From the NCBI RefSeq assembly GCF_003334785.1, contig NZ_QOWV01000016.1: a stretch of 64,000 nucleotides of DNA; one strand, given 5' to 3'. Position numbers and translations under genes: made by a program. The notes below the pieces were generated by a model. The model was given only the letters and a program-made list of their open reading frames with translations. It did no database searches and was not told the origin of the DNA. Positions 11,632 through 22,884 of the stretch are shown in pieces; position 1 is the stretch's first letter, and each line of letters begins with the position of its first letter. This stretch comes from Escherichia coli. Lineage in GTDB: Bacteria; Pseudomonadota; Gammaproteobacteria; Enterobacterales; Enterobacteriaceae.

Positions 11632-12327
11632 TTACTGCCCGTAATAGGCATTGGCCCCATGCTTACGCAGGTAGTGCTTATCCAGCAGTTCGTTTTGCAT
11701 CGCAGGGAGCTGCGGCGCAAGCTGGCGCGAGAATAGACCCATATAGGCGCATTCTTCGAGTACTACGGCGTTATGCACGGCATCGGCGGCGTTTTTACCC
11801 CATGCGAACGGGCCGTGAGAATGCACCAGCACCGCCGGGATTTGTGCCGGACTCCTGCCACGTTCTTCGAAGGTTTCAATGATCACTTCGCCGGTCTGAT
11901 ATTCATATTCGCCGTTAATCTCCTCTGCGGTCATCTGTCGCGTGCAGGGGATGGCACCGTAAAAATAATCAGCGTGGGTGGTGCCCCAGGCGGGGAGATC
12001 CAGCCCGGCCTGTGACCAGATGGTGGCGTGGCGCGAGTGGGTATGCACAATACCGCCAATTTCGGCATAGCGACGGTAGAGCGCCAGATGCGTTGGTGTA
12101 TCGGAAGAGGGTTTTTTGCTGCCTTCCACCACCTTACCGCTGGCTATCTCAACCACCACCATATCGTCGGCGGTCATCACGTCGTACTCGACGCCGGAAG
12201 GTTTGATTACCATCCATTGCCGCGTTTCGTCTACCGCGCTGACATTGCCCCAGGTGAACGTCACCAGATGGTGAGCGGGAAGCGCCAGATTCGCCGCCAG
12301 CACGTCGGCTTTCAGTTGCTCTAACAT
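11632..12327 (-). CDS. sgbE: L-ribulose-5-phosphate 4-epimerase
   Basis: 231-aa ORF of the AraD/UlaF class II aldolase family, recognised. Confidence 0.9.
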
Positions 12328-13181
12328 ATAAATCCAGCCTCCTGCATACGCGCTTCAATCCAACGCCGCGCCTGAATAATCTCCAGCACCGGCTCTTTGG
12401 CTTTTTCGGTCCACATCTCAATCAGGAAAGAACCGCGATAGTTCAGTTTATGCAGCGTTTTGAAGATGCCAACGAAATCGACGCAGCCTTCGCCAAACGG
12501 CACGTCGCGGAACTGTCCGGGACTTTGCCCGGTGACTGGCTGGGTGTCTTTCAGGTGGATCGCGGCGATACGGTCAATGCCCAGTTTCAGTTCGGCGGGA
12601 ACATCATTGCCCCAGGCGCTGAGGTTGCCGACGTCCGGGTAGACGGTGAACCACGGTGAGGCGAGCATCTCGTCCCATTTTTTCCATTTGCTGATGGAGT
12701 TCATAAACGCGGTATCCATAATCTCCACCGCCAGCATTACTTGTGATGCCGCCGCCTGTTCGACTGCCCACGCCAGCCCTTCAGCAAAACGTTGCCGGGT
12801 GCCTTCGTCGTGGTCTTCGTAATAGACGTCATAACCTGCCAGCTGGATGGTGCGAATGCCGAGATCGCGCGCCAGGCGAATCGCTTTACTCATGATTTCC
12901 CGCGCCCGTTCGCGCACTGCCTCGTCACGGCTACCAAAGGGAAAGCGACGATGTGCGGACAGGCACATCGACGGGATCCCAACACCTGTTTCGATCATCG
13001 CGGCAACCAGCGAAGTCCTTTGTGCGGCGCTCCAGTCAAGACGTGAGAGCCGTTCGTCGGTTTCATCCACCGACATTTCGACAAAATCAAAACCGCAGCT
13101 TTTTGCCAGCACCAGCCGCTCCGGCCAGGAGAGATCTTTCGCCAGCGCTTTTTCATAAATCCCTAACGGATGATTACGCAC
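12321..13181 (-). CDS. sgbU: L-xylulose/L-ribulose-5-phosphate 3-epimerase
   Basis: Track ORF extends to 13271, but a GTG at 13181..13179 preceded by ggggagg gives the 286-codon product (M)[14 protein letters not shown]...; stop overlaps sgbE start. Confidence 0.8.
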   Translation of the reverse strand: MRNHPLGIYEKALAKDLSWPERLVLAKSCGFDFVEMSVDETDERLSRLDWSAAQRTSLVAAMIETGVGIPSMCLSAHRRFPFGSRDEAVRERAREIMSKAIRLARDLGIRTIQLAGYDVYYEDHDEGTRQRFAEGLAWAVEQAAASQVMLAVEIMDTAFMNSISKWKKWDEMLASPWFTVYPDVGNLSAWGNDVPAELKLGIDRIAAIHLKDTQPVTGQSPGQFRDVPFGEGCVDFVGIFKTLHKLNYRGSFLIEMWTEKAKEPVLEIIQARRWIEARMQEAGFIC

Positions 13182-13836
13182 GCGCACCTCCCCAGATAGC
13201 GTCGATTTGCGCATGGAAATCGCCAGCCACTTGCGCCGGATTTGCCGCGCCTGCCAGTGCCCGCCCGGCAATAAACGCTTTCACGCGGATATCTTTAAAC
13301 AGCGGCAGGTCAGCAGGGGTAATCCCGCCAGTAATGGAAAGCTCAAGGCCGATATCTGAAAGCGCCTTCATGCGTGCCAGATCGGCTTCGCCCCACTGTT
13401 GCCCGCTGGCCTGTGCATCACGACCGCGATGATAAATGGCCTGCCGCACGCCAATACGATGCCAGTCGCGGGCGTCGTCCAGCGTCCAGTTACCGAACAG
13501 CTCTATCTGAATTTCACCCCCGCAGCGTTGTGCCATTGCGTGGCCTTTTTCTACCGTCGCGAGCGGCGCGGCGCAGATGATGGTCATCCAGTTAGCGCCT
13601 GCGCCAAACGCCTGTTGCGCGAGCGTTTCACCAGCGTCGGCGACCTTCCAGTCAGCAACGATGATTTTGTCCGGGCACTGTTCGCGCAAGGCTTTCACCG
13701 CGCCAAGCCCTTCGTTTAAACAGAGAATGGTGCCCGCTTCGACGATATCGACGCTGTCTTTTAACAGCGTCACGTCGCGCTGCGCGGCTTCAAGTGATGA
13801 GTGGTCGAGGGCCAGTTGCAGAAGTGGTCGGCTCAT
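13174..13836 (-). CDS. sgbH: 3-keto-L-gulonate-6-phosphate decarboxylase
   Basis: 220-aa [24 protein letters not shown]...; SD aaggag (complement of 13845..13850) 8 nt before the ATG. Confidence 0.9.
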   Translation of the reverse strand: MSRPLLQLALDHSSLEAAQRDVTLLKDSVDIVEAGTILCLNEGLGAVKALREQCPDKIIVADWKVADAGETLAQQAFGAGANWMTIICAAPLATVEKGHAMAQRCGGEIQIELFGNWTLDDARDWHRIGVRQAIYHRGRDAQASGQQWGEADLARMKALSDIGLELSITGGITPADLPLFKDIRVKAFIAGRALAGAANPAQVAGDFHAQIDAIWGGARA

Positions 13837-15328
13837 AATGTGTGCTCCTTAATGCGGGCGTGAAAGCCCTGAAGTGCGGCAATGAGATGCTGATAACGTT
13901 GATATTTTTTTGGTAAAGCTGATGGGCGGTCATATCTGGCAGCAGGGTGCGCACCGGGTGTCGCAAGTCACGTTGGGCTTCGCTGAAGTTGTGATAAACC
14001 CCGGTGCCGACGCGGGCGGCAAGGGCCGCACCAAAGCAGCCGGTTTCTTCCACCTGCGGCAGCTCGATACGCAGACCGCTGACGTCCGCCAGCATTTGCA
14101 TCCAGACATCGGAGTGCGCCGGGCCGCCAGTGACGCGTAGGGTGTGAACATCAGTAAAACGTTCGCGCATTCGGTTGAGGTGGGTCATATGGCTGAACAC
14201 CACCCCTTCATAGATGGCCTGCAACAGGTGCGCGCGGGTGTGAATGGCCTGCATCCCGTAGAAACCACTGGTCATCTCGAGTCCGGCGTTGCTGCCGTAC
14301 AGGAACGGCAGGAAAAAGAGATCGCCCCCAGCCTTCGGCAAGCTGGCAACGGCCTGATTGATCTCATCAAACGAGATTTCTCCCCACTGTGCGGTAAACC
14401 ATTCGAGGTTGCCGGAAGAGGTAGGGCTGGCTTCGTGAACGATAAATTCACCATCGTTAACGTAGCGACCATAGACATACGGATGCGCTTCACCGTCACG
14501 TAAACCGCGGGTTATGCCGCTGGTCACCGCCCAGGTCCCCATCACCGCATTGAGGGTAAATTCGTCTTCGATCCCGGCGCAGAGTGCGGTGGAAACCACA
14601 TCAAACAGGCCGCCAACAACGGGCGTACCCGCTTTCAGACCGGTCAGGGCGGCTGTCTGAGCGGTGATCTCCCCGCAGATTTCGGCAGATCCGACAACAG
14701 GCGGCAGGGCGTGATTGATTTCAGCGATCCCCAGCCAGTCGGTGAGGCACGGGTCATATTCCCCAAGACTCATGTTGTAGAGGTTGGACTCGGAAATATT
14801 GCTCTCTTCACAGCCTTTGACGCCAGTTAAACACCAGCGCAGGTAGTCGTGCGTCATCATCACGCAGCCAATTTGCGCGTAGCGTTCTGGTTCGTGCTCT
14901 TTCAGCCAGCGTAACAGCGACACCGGATGCCCGGTCCACAAGGTTTGTCGGGTCAGCGGGTAGAGTTTTTCCGGGATGCCATCTTCCTGCCAGCGACGAA
15001 CGATTTCCATCGCCCGGCGGTCCGAGGACAAAATAGCATTCCCGAGCGGTTTGTCGTTTTTATCCAGCAAAAACAAGCCCTTTCCCTGTGCGGAGATGCC
15101 GATACCGACAATTTGTTCCCCGCTAACACCAGAATGAGTAAGCAGGGCGCGAATGACAGCCATGCAGCATTGCCACAGTTCTGCCATATCGCGCTCTGCC
15201 CAGCCTGGCTGCGGGCTTAATGCGCACAGCGGCAGGCGCTGCACGCCTGCCTCCCGGCCTTCGCGGTCATACAGCCCGGCTTTCAGCCAGCTACCGCCAC
15301 AATCTAACCCCAGCCAGTATTGCGTCAT
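13790..15328 (-). CDS. lyxK: L-xylulose kinase; 3' end apparently frameshifted (512-codon ORF as it stands, see findings)
   Basis: MTQYWLGLDCGGSWLKAGLYD... FGGY-family sugar kinase; the ORF passes an A7 run (plus-strand T7 at 13905..13911) and ends 46 nt inside sgbH. Confidence 0.85.
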   Translation of the reverse strand: MTQYWLGLDCGGSWLKAGLYDREGREAGVQRLPLCALSPQPGWAERDMAELWQCCMAVIRALLTHSGVSGEQIVGIGISAQGKGLFLLDKNDKPLGNAILSSDRRAMEIVRRWQEDGIPEKLYPLTRQTLWTGHPVSLLRWLKEHEPERYAQIGCVMMTHDYLRWCLTGVKGCEESNISESNLYNMSLGEYDPCLTDWLGIAEINHALPPVVGSAEICGEITAQTAALTGLKAGTPVVGGLFDVVSTALCAGIEDEFTLNAVMGTWAVTSGITRGLRDGEAHPYVYGRYVNDGEFIVHEASPTSSGNLEWFTAQWGEISFDEINQAVASLPKAGGDLFFLPFLYGSNAGLEMTSGFYGMQAIHTRAHLLQAIYEGVVFSHMTHLNRMRERFTDVHTLRVTGGPAHSDVWMQMLADVSGLRIELPQVEETGCFGAALAARVGTGVYHNFSEAQRDLRHPVRTLLPDMTAHQLYQKNINVISISLPHFRAFTPALRSTHYEPTTSATGPRPLIT

Positions 15329-15331
15329 GGT

Positions 15332-16318
15332 TTATTGCACCTCATCCACGGCTTTCAGCAGATCAGCTCCCTGCGGCACATCTTTAACAAACATGTCGCG
15401 AACCTGATTCCCCAGTGCGTCGCTAAAGGCTTTGCGGTCGAGATCGGTGATGACTTCCACGCCCGCTTCTTTCATGCCGTCGATGATTTTTTGCTGATCT
15501 TCAGCAACCAGTTTGCGCTGATAGTTACCCGCTTCTTGTGCAGATGAAACTAGCGCCTGCTGGAACTCCGGACTTAAGCCATCAAACTTCGCTTTGTTGA
15601 TCACCACCAGAAGCGGGGAATAGGCGTGGTGCGTCAGAGAAAGGAACTTCTGCACTTCGAAAAATTTTGCTGACCAGACGACGTTGATCGGGTGTTCCTG
15701 AGCGTCGATAGTGCGGGTTTCCAGCCCGGTATAGACTTCGGCAAACGGCATCGGGATCGGGTTAGCGCCAAAGACTTTGAATGCGGCGATATTCATCGGG
15801 CTATTGTTGGTGCGGATTTTCAGCCCTTTCAGGTCGGCGGGGGTTTTAACCGGTGCGCGCGAGTTGGTGACATCGCGCCAGCCGTTTTCCCAGTAGGCCA
15901 GTACTTTCAGTCCTTTACCTTCAAGTGAGGCTTTCAGATCATCACCGACTTTGCCGTCGAGCGTTTTATGCGCGTGAGCGGTATCGCGGAACAGGAAAGG
16001 GACATCAAGCAAGTTCATCACTGGTGATAACCCGGCAAAGTTATTCGAGCCGGACATTTCCATATCGATGGTGCCGCCACGTACGCCGCTGATCATCGCC
16101 TGCGCGTTACCGAGAGTGCTGTCCGGGAACAGTTTTAATTTCAGCTCGCCTTTGGTTCTCTCCTGCAATAAATCATTGAATTTTTTCGCCGCAATATGTT
16201 GCGAGTCGGTTTGTGATGTTTCATAACCGAAACGTAAAGATTGTGCCGCCAGAGAAGATGTGCTGAATGCAGCCAGGCCAGCAATGAATAATGCGTAGGT
16301 TACAGAGCGTAATTTCAT
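15332..16318 (-). CDS. yiaO: TRAP transporter periplasmic substrate-binding protein (2,3-diketo-L-gulonate)
   Basis: 328-aa ORF with signal peptide, recognised as YiaO (DctP family). Confidence 0.9.
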   Translation of the reverse strand: MKLRSVTYALFIAGLAAFSTSSLAAQSLRFGYETSQTDSQHIAAKKFNDLLQERTKGELKLKLFPDSTLGNAQAMISGVRGGTIDMEMSGSNNFAGLSPVMNLLDVPFLFRDTAHAHKTLDGKVGDDLKASLEGKGLKVLAYWENGWRDVTNSRAPVKTPADLKGLKIRTNNSPMNIAAFKVFGANPIPMPFAEVYTGLETRTIDAQEHPINVVWSAKFFEVQKFLSLTHHAYSPLLVVINKAKFDGLSPEFQQALVSSAQEAGNYQRKLVAEDQQKIIDGMKEAGVEVITDLDRKAFSDALGNQVRDMFVKDVPQGADLLKAVDEVQ

Positions 16319-16330
16319 AATATTTTCCTT

Positions 16331-17608
16331 TTAATTAATCCATTTCAAAGGGAGGATGATGAGATCGGGAATAAAAACAAATACGACTAATAATGAATAT
16401 AAAACCAGGATGTAAGGGAAAACGCCTCTGACTGCATCATCGAATTTGAGTTTTGCCACCCCTGAAATAACGTTAAGTACATTACCGATAGGCGGTGTAA
16501 TTAAGCCGATTGAGCAGTTAATGATAAACATGACACCGAAATAAATCGGATCGATTCCTGCCTCTTTAACTAAAGGCATTAATACCGGGGTAAGAATTAA
16601 TACCGTCGGCGTTAAATCCATGACCATGCCGACAATCAGGATAGCCACCATAATGACGATAAACAGCAGACGCGGTGAATCGACCAACGGTTGCAGTAAA
16701 TCAGAAACCATCATCGGCAGTTCAGCAATGGTAATCAGCCAGGCGGAAACTTGTGCCGAGGCCACCAGAAACATAACCACTGAGGTGGTTTTCGCCGCGC
16801 CAATGAGTACATGCCAAAGTGTGGCGAAGGTCATTTCACGGTAAATAACTGTGGCGACAAACAGCGCATAGAAAGCAGCAACGGCCCCGGCTTCGGTAGG
16901 GGTAAACAGACCGGAGCGAAACCCGCCAATAATGATGACTGGAAGAAACAGCGCCCAGATACCGGAGACAAAAGAGTGCCAGATTTCCTGCATCGTTGCT
17001 TTTTGCTGGCGGGGTAAATTAAGGCGACTGGCCTGCCACCACCAGGTAAGCATCAGCGTTGCGCCCATCATCATGCCAGGGGCAATGCCCGCCATAAACA
17101 GCTTACTGATGGATAATCCGCTGGAAACGCCGAAGATAATAAACGGAATGGAAGGGGGAATAATTGGCGCGATAATGCCGCCAGAGGCAATCAGCCCCGC
17201 CGCCCGGTTGACCGGATAGTTGGCGCTGCGCATCATCGGCACCAGTAGAGCGGCAACGGCGGCGGTATCCGCAACGGCAGAACCAGAAAGGCTCGCCATA
17301 ATCATAGCTGCCAGCACGCCGACGTAGCCCAGCCCGCCTGGTTTATGCCCCACCAGTTTCATCGGCAGGTCAACAATGCGTTTTGACAAGCCGCCCGCAT
17401 TCATGATTTCACCCGCCAGCACAAAGAACGGAATCGCCAGCAGGGAGAAGCTATCGGCTCCGTTCACCAGCGTTTGTGCCATGATCTGGACATCAAACAT
17501 GTCCAGCCAGAACATTAACGCCGCCCCGCACAACAACAGTGCCCAGGCAATAGGCAAACCGATAGCAATACCACCCAACAGACAGCCCAGAAAAATCAGC
17601 ACAGCCAT
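16331..17608 (-). CDS. yiaN: TRAP transporter large permease (DctM family)
   Basis: 425-aa polytopic membrane ORF immediately downstream of yiaM. Confidence 0.9.
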   Translation of the reverse strand: MAVLIFLGCLLGGIAIGLPIAWALLLCGAALMFWLDMFDVQIMAQTLVNGADSFSLLAIPFFVLAGEIMNAGGLSKRIVDLPMKLVGHKPGGLGYVGVLAAMIMASLSGSAVADTAAVAALLVPMMRSANYPVNRAAGLIASGGIIAPIIPPSIPFIIFGVSSGLSISKLFMAGIAPGMMMGATLMLTWWWQASRLNLPRQQKATMQEIWHSFVSGIWALFLPVIIIGGFRSGLFTPTEAGAVAAFYALFVATVIYREMTFATLWHVLIGAAKTTSVVMFLVASAQVSAWLITIAELPMMVSDLLQPLVDSPRLLFIVIMVAILIVGMVMDLTPTVLILTPVLMPLVKEAGIDPIYFGVMFIINCSIGLITPPIGNVLNVISGVAKLKFDDAVRGVFPYILVLYSLLVVFVFIPDLIILPLKWIN

Positions 17609-17610
17609 GA

Positions 17611-18084
17611 TTAAGCTCCTTGCGGTGGCGACGTTAGAGAATTGCTACGCGTGATGAGTTGATATAAATGACGCAGTTCAAAGAATGCGATAACGAGGCT
17701 GGTGGGCAGACAAGCGGCATACATCAGGCCGATGGGTAAACCGAGGATCGGTGAATAATCGCTCCAGTCCTGAATTGTTTTTAGCGTTGCGCCCCAGGCC
17801 AGTGCGCCACAAATAAATAAGATTAAGGAATGGGTAACCAGAGCGACTCGTCGCTGCCATGCGGGGGAGAGTTTCTCCACCAGAAAGGTGACCTGAACGT
17901 GGGCGTTATCCATAAAAGCTACAATCGCGCCAATAAACGTTAACCAGACAAATAAATAACGTGACAATTCATCAACAGATAAAATGCTTGTCTGAAAACC
18001 ATATCTTAAAATAATGTTTATAAATACAATACAGGAAAGTACGGCGAGATTAATCGCCAGTATTGCTTCGAGTATTTTTTTCAT
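17611..18084 (-). CDS. yiaM: TRAP transporter small permease (DctQ family)
   Basis: 157-aa hydrophobic ORF; 2-bp gap to yiaN. Confidence 0.9.
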
Positions 18085-18201
18085 AGCTATTCCTTGAGGC
18101 TATGTCTGTCATAATTCAAGTCGCATGTGCAGCAACCTGAATTATTAATATAGTTAGAGCAATAACATTACCCAGGCGTTCTGGCGTAGACGATTATTCG
18201 A

Positions 18202-18672
<471 letters not shown>

Positions 18673-18680
18673 TTATCTCC

Positions 18681-19679
18681 TCATAACGCCTGGATTTTGG
18701 CCCACACGCTGTCATCAACAGTGATGCCGTTACGGCGGTTTTCGGCCAGCAGGGTAGTAAATTCATGGCCGGGTAAGCGAATGGCCTGATTTTCGTCAGC
18801 ACGCTCGGCACTAGTAACGTAATCCATGATGCGTTGCAGCTTGGCATCGCGGGTGGGACCGTCGATAAGCTTGTCCACTTCAATGGCAATAAAAATTTGT
18901 GAAATGCCGTATTCGTCGCTGTTGTCCTGGGTGACTTCGGCAACGGATGCGCCGTCGGAAAGGAGAGTAGCGATCATATCCAGCACAATCGACATGCCAG
19001 AACCTTTCCAGTAGCCCATCGGCAAAATGCGGCGATTCTTCTCGATAACGCCAGGTTCTTTGGTCAAATTGCCCTCATCATCAAAGCCACCATCGACCGG
19101 GAGCTGACGACCTGCCAGACGGTTAACTTCTAACATGCCGTAAGAGAACATCGACATCGACATATCGACCATGGTGATCGGCGTGGAAGGAATGGCGACG
19201 ATCAGCGGGTTAGTGCCGATGCGACACTCTTTTGCGCCCCACGGCGGCATTACGGCGATGGAGTTGGTCCAGCAAATGCCAATATAGCCTTTTTCCGCCG
19301 CCTGCCAGCCGTAGCTGCCGCCGCGCATCCAGTGGTTGGCATTACGTAGTGCCACCAGACCAATACCGTGATCGGCAGCCAGTTCAATGGCGCGATCCAT
19401 CATCTTTTTCGCTGTCAGGTTACCGATCGAACGCTGGGCGTCCCACTGTTCAATTGCGCCGAGGCTGGTTATACGTTTGGGTTGGGCATCAGGAATGATA
19501 TCGCCGTTTTCCAGTTGTTGAATGAAACGAGGGAAACGATTAACGCCGTGAGAATAAACGCCGGATTCGGTGGTGCGGGCGAACATCTCTGCACAGGCGT
19601 CAGCCGTTTCGCTGTCAACGCCGCGTGAAATTAAGACCCGATTAAAGGCTGCTTTTAACTGCTCAAATGTCACTTTCAT
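18681..19679 (-). CDS. yiaK: 2,3-diketo-L-gulonate reductase
   Basis: 332-aa [52 protein letters not shown]...; first gene of the operon. Confidence 0.9.
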
Positions 19680-19879
19680 CCCAGGCTTCCTTGTTTTTTT
19701 GATCGCTTTTTTGGCTTAAAATTTCAATATGCGAAACTTGATTTCAAATATATCGATCACTTTTTAACAAAGCAATCTGATTGATGAATTTCAAAAGACA
19801 TAAAAATCAATTGGTTATAAATTATCTGTCGAGATCGTGAACTACGGCACACTTTGCGCTACCATCAGGACGCGACAAA
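19680..19879. promoter_or_regulatory. divergent yiaK / yiaJ control region
   Basis: 200-bp AT-rich spacer between divergently oriented yiaK (-) and yiaJ (+); expected to hold the operon promoter and YiaJ operator (established for this operon; sites not mapped here). Confidence 0.5.
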
Positions 19880-20728
19880 ATGGGGAAAGAAGTGATGGGA
19901 AAAAAAGAGAACGAGATGGCGCAGGAAAAAGAGCGTCCAGCCGGAAGCCAGAGTCTGTTTCGCGGGTTGATGCTGATTGAGATTTTGAGCAACTATCCAA
20001 ACGGTTGTCCGTTGGCGCATCTTTCGGAGCTGGCTGGTTTAAATAAGAGTACCGTCCATCGCTTATTGCAGGGATTACAGTCCTGCGGCTATGTGACCAC
20101 CGCGCCTGCCGCAGGGAGTTATCGCCTGACCACCAAATTTATTGCCGTCGGGCAGAAGGTGCTGTCTTCGCTGAATATCATTCATATCGCCGCTCCGCAT
20201 CTTGAGGCACTGAACATCGCCACTGGTGAAACCATTAACTTCTCCAGCCGCGAAGACGATCACGCTATTTTGATTTATAAGCTGGAACCCACAACCGGGA
20301 TGCTGCGAACCCGTGCCTATATTGGCCAGCATATGCCGCTCTACTGTTCCGCAATGGGCAAGATCTACATGGCGTTTGGTCACCCGGACTACGTGAAGTC
20401 ATACTGGGAAAGCCATCAGCATGAGATCCAGCCGTTAACCCGCAATACCATTACCGAGCTGCCCGCGATGTTCGACGAACTGGCGCACATTCGTGAAAGC
20501 GGAGCGGCGATGGACAGAGAAGAAAACGAACTCGGCGTCTCCTGTATTGCTGTTCCGGTGTTTGATATTCATGGGCGGGTGCCGTACGCCGTGTCGATTT
20601 CGCTTTCGACATCACGTCTGAAACAGGTGGGAGAGAAAAATCTCCTGAAACCACTGCGTGAAACCGCGCAGGCTATTTCTAATGAACTGGGATTTACTGT
20701 CAGGGATGACCTGGGCGCGATCACATAA
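19880..20728 (+). CDS. yiaJ: IclR-family transcriptional repressor of the yiaK-sgbE operon
   Basis: 282-aa ORF with N-terminal HTH and C-terminal IclR effector domain, recognised. Confidence 0.9.
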   Translation: MGKEVMGKKENEMAQEKERPAGSQSLFRGLMLIEILSNYPNGCPLAHLSELAGLNKSTVHRLLQGLQSCGYVTTAPAAGSYRLTTKFIAVGQKVLSSLNIIHIAAPHLEALNIATGETINFSSREDDHAILIYKLEPTTGMLRTRAYIGQHMPLYCSAMGKIYMAFGHPDYVKSYWESHQHEIQPLTRNTITELPAMFDELAHIRESGAAMDREENELGVSCIAVPVFDIHGRVPYAVSISLSTSRLKQVGEKNLLKPLRETAQAISNELGFTVRDDLGAIT

Positions 20729-20829
20729 CGCTTTGGACAAGTGCCAAAACTTTAACATTTCCTTCGTTGGATCAAAGCAGTAGGGACGCGCTCTCTGGCA
20801 CTCTGCTGTTTTAGTGCAAAGGAGTGATC

Positions 20830-21303
20830 ATGAACCGGTTTATTATTGCGGATGCGACGAAATGTATCGGTTGCCGTACCTGTGAAGTGGCTTGCGCAGT
20901 GTCGCATCATGAGAATCAGGATTGCGCTGCGTTGTCACCAGACGAGTTTATTTCCCGTATTCGTGTCATTAAAGACCACTGCTGGACCACGGCAGTAGCC
21001 TGTCATCAGTGTGAAGATGCACCGTGCGCGAATGTCTGCCCTGTTGACGCGATAAGCCGCGAACATGGGCATATTTTCGTTGAACAAACACGTTGCATTG
21101 GCTGTAAAAGCTGTATGCTGGCTTGCCCGTTTGGTGCGATGGAGGTCGTTTCTTCGCGCAAAAAGGCGAGGGCGATTAAGTGCGATCTGTGCTGGCATCG
21201 GGAGACGGGACCGGCCTGTGTTGAAGCCTGCCCGACAAAGGCGTTGCAGTGCATGGATGTCGAGAAAGTGCAGCGGCATCGGCTACGGCAGCAGCCTGTT
21301 TGA
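20830..21303 (+). CDS. ysaA: 4Fe-4S ferredoxin-type protein
   Basis: Multiple CxxCxxCxxxCP cluster motifs; ATG 20830 with SD ggag 20821..20824 preferred over the track's GTG at 20824. Confidence 0.85.
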   Translation: MNRFIIADATKCIGCRTCEVACAVSHHENQDCAALSPDEFISRIRVIKDHCWTTAVACHQCEDAPCANVCPVDAISREHGHIFVEQTRCIGCKSCMLACPFGAMEVVSSRKKARAIKCDLCWHRETGPACVEACPTKALQCMDVEKVQRHRLRQQPV

Positions 21304-21350
21304 AACGTTTTCCGGCGTTTCTCAACGCCGGAACAGTGCGCTTTGTTTAT

Positions 21351-21447
21351 GCCAGATGCGGCGTAAACGCCTTATCCGGCCTACAAATTCTTCCAAATTC
21401 AATATATTGCAGAAATCATGTAGGCCTGATAAGCGTAGCGCATCAGG
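21351..21447. repeat. REP/BIME palindromic units between ysaA and avtA
   Basis: gccagatgcggcgtaaacgccttatccggcctac ... gtaggcctgataagcgtagcgcatcaggc. Confidence 0.7.
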
Positions 21448-21453
21448 CAATTT

Positions 21454-22707
21454 TTAGTGACTTTCAGCCCAGGCTCTTTCTATCTCTTCCGCCAGAATCT
21501 TCACCCCCGCCTCAATTTTCTCCGGCTCTGGTACGTAGTTCATGCGCATACATTGATGCGTATGCGGCCACGGTTTATCCAGCCCTGGGAAGAAGTTGTG
21601 CCCCGGCACCATCAGCACGCCGCGTGCTTTCAGGCGCTGATAGAGCTGCTCGGTCGTAATGGGCAAATCCTTAAACCATAGCCAGAGGAAAATGGCTCCT
21701 TCCGGTTTATGAATCAGGCAGCGATTTTCCGGTAAATAGCGGCGAATGATGGCGATAGTTTCCTGAACACGCTGGTAGTAAAACGGTTTGATGACTGTTT
21801 CAGACAGGCGCAGCAGATCGTTACGCTTAATCATTTCACACATCATCGCCGGACCAATACCGCCAGGTGCCAGGCTGATAATGCCGTTCATATTGGTGAT
21901 GGCGGTGATGATTTTTTCATTGGCGATGATAATGCCGCAGCGGGAGCCAGGTAGACCCAGCTTGGAAAGACTCATGCACAGCACGATATTCGGATTCCAT
22001 AGCGGGCGCGCTTCACTGAAGATGATACCCGGGAACGGGACGCCATAAGCGTTATCAATCACCAGCGGAATGCCGTGTTGATTCGCCAGCGCGTCAAGCT
22101 TCAGCAACTCTTCGTCAGTAATCACATTGCCTGTTGGATTCGTCGGCCGGGAGACGCAAATCATCCCGGTTTCTTCGCCAATATGCAGATGCTCAAAATC
22201 GACGTGGTATTTAAACTGGCCTTCCGGCAGCAGTTCAATATTCGGACGCGCAGAGACAAACAGATCTTCTTCCAGTCCGGCGTCAGCATAGCCAATGTAT
22301 TCCGGTGCAAGCGGGAACAGCACTTTTTTGACCCGACCATCGGCACGGCGTCCGGCAAACAGGTTAAATAAGTAGAAAAACGCGCTCTGGCTGCCGTTTG
22401 TTAGTGCAATATTCTGTGGTTCGATATCCCAACCCAACTTCTCGCGCAGCATTCCGGCAAGCAGTGTGAGTAGCTCCGTTTTCCCCTGTGGACCGTCGTA
22501 GTTACACAGTGCATCAGTCGCTTTGCCACTTTCCAGCATGTCGGTCAGTAGCGTCTGGAAGTAGTCCTGCATTTCCGGGATCTGCGCCGGATTACCGCCG
22601 CCGAGCATAATCGCGCCAGGCGTGCGTAAACCGTCGTTCAGATCTTCCATCAACAGCGTAATGCCGGAGTGGCGGGTAAATTTGTCACCAAAAAGGGAGA
22701 ATGTCAT
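21454..22707 (-). CDS. avtA: valine-pyruvate aminotransferase
   Basis: Track ORF is 452 aa, but the recognised AvtA N-terminus MTFSLFGDKFTRHSGITLLMEDLNDGL starts at 22707 (417 codons). Confidence 0.9.
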   Translation of the reverse strand: MTFSLFGDKFTRHSGITLLMEDLNDGLRTPGAIMLGGGNPAQIPEMQDYFQTLLTDMLESGKATDALCNYDGPQGKTELLTLLAGMLREKLGWDIEPQNIALTNGSQSAFFYLFNLFAGRRADGRVKKVLFPLAPEYIGYADAGLEEDLFVSARPNIELLPEGQFKYHVDFEHLHIGEETGMICVSRPTNPTGNVITDEELLKLDALANQHGIPLVIDNAYGVPFPGIIFSEARPLWNPNIVLCMSLSKLGLPGSRCGIIIANEKIITAITNMNGIISLAPGGIGPAMMCEMIKRNDLLRLSETVIKPFYYQRVQETIAIIRRYLPENRCLIHKPEGAIFLWLWFKDLPITTEQLYQRLKARGVLMVPGHNFFPGLDKPWPHTHQCMRMNYVPEPEKIEAGVKILAEEIERAWAESH

Positions 22708-22884
22708 AGCGGGATATCTGTCGAACTCTGTAGCAAGGAAGGTAACAATAACGCTACATTTGCTGGGGTGCAAATCGGTCTGTTGAAGAGTGAGCGGTGC
22801 TTTATCCTGCAACGCTGATTAGGGCTGACATTTTATCCTGGTTGGCGGCTTCCCGAGGTACTGACGAACGGGAAGCCGGAAAAG

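Noticed and set aside
12953-13432. 159-aa plus-strand ORF and neighbouring 60 to 100-aa ORFs
   Set aside because: Antisense to sgbU/sgbH; Ser/Arg/Ala-rich shadow frames.
21065-21659. ORFs of 130 to 136 aa on the plus strand after ysaA
   Set aside because: They run through the REP palindromes and antisense into avtA; no coding signal.
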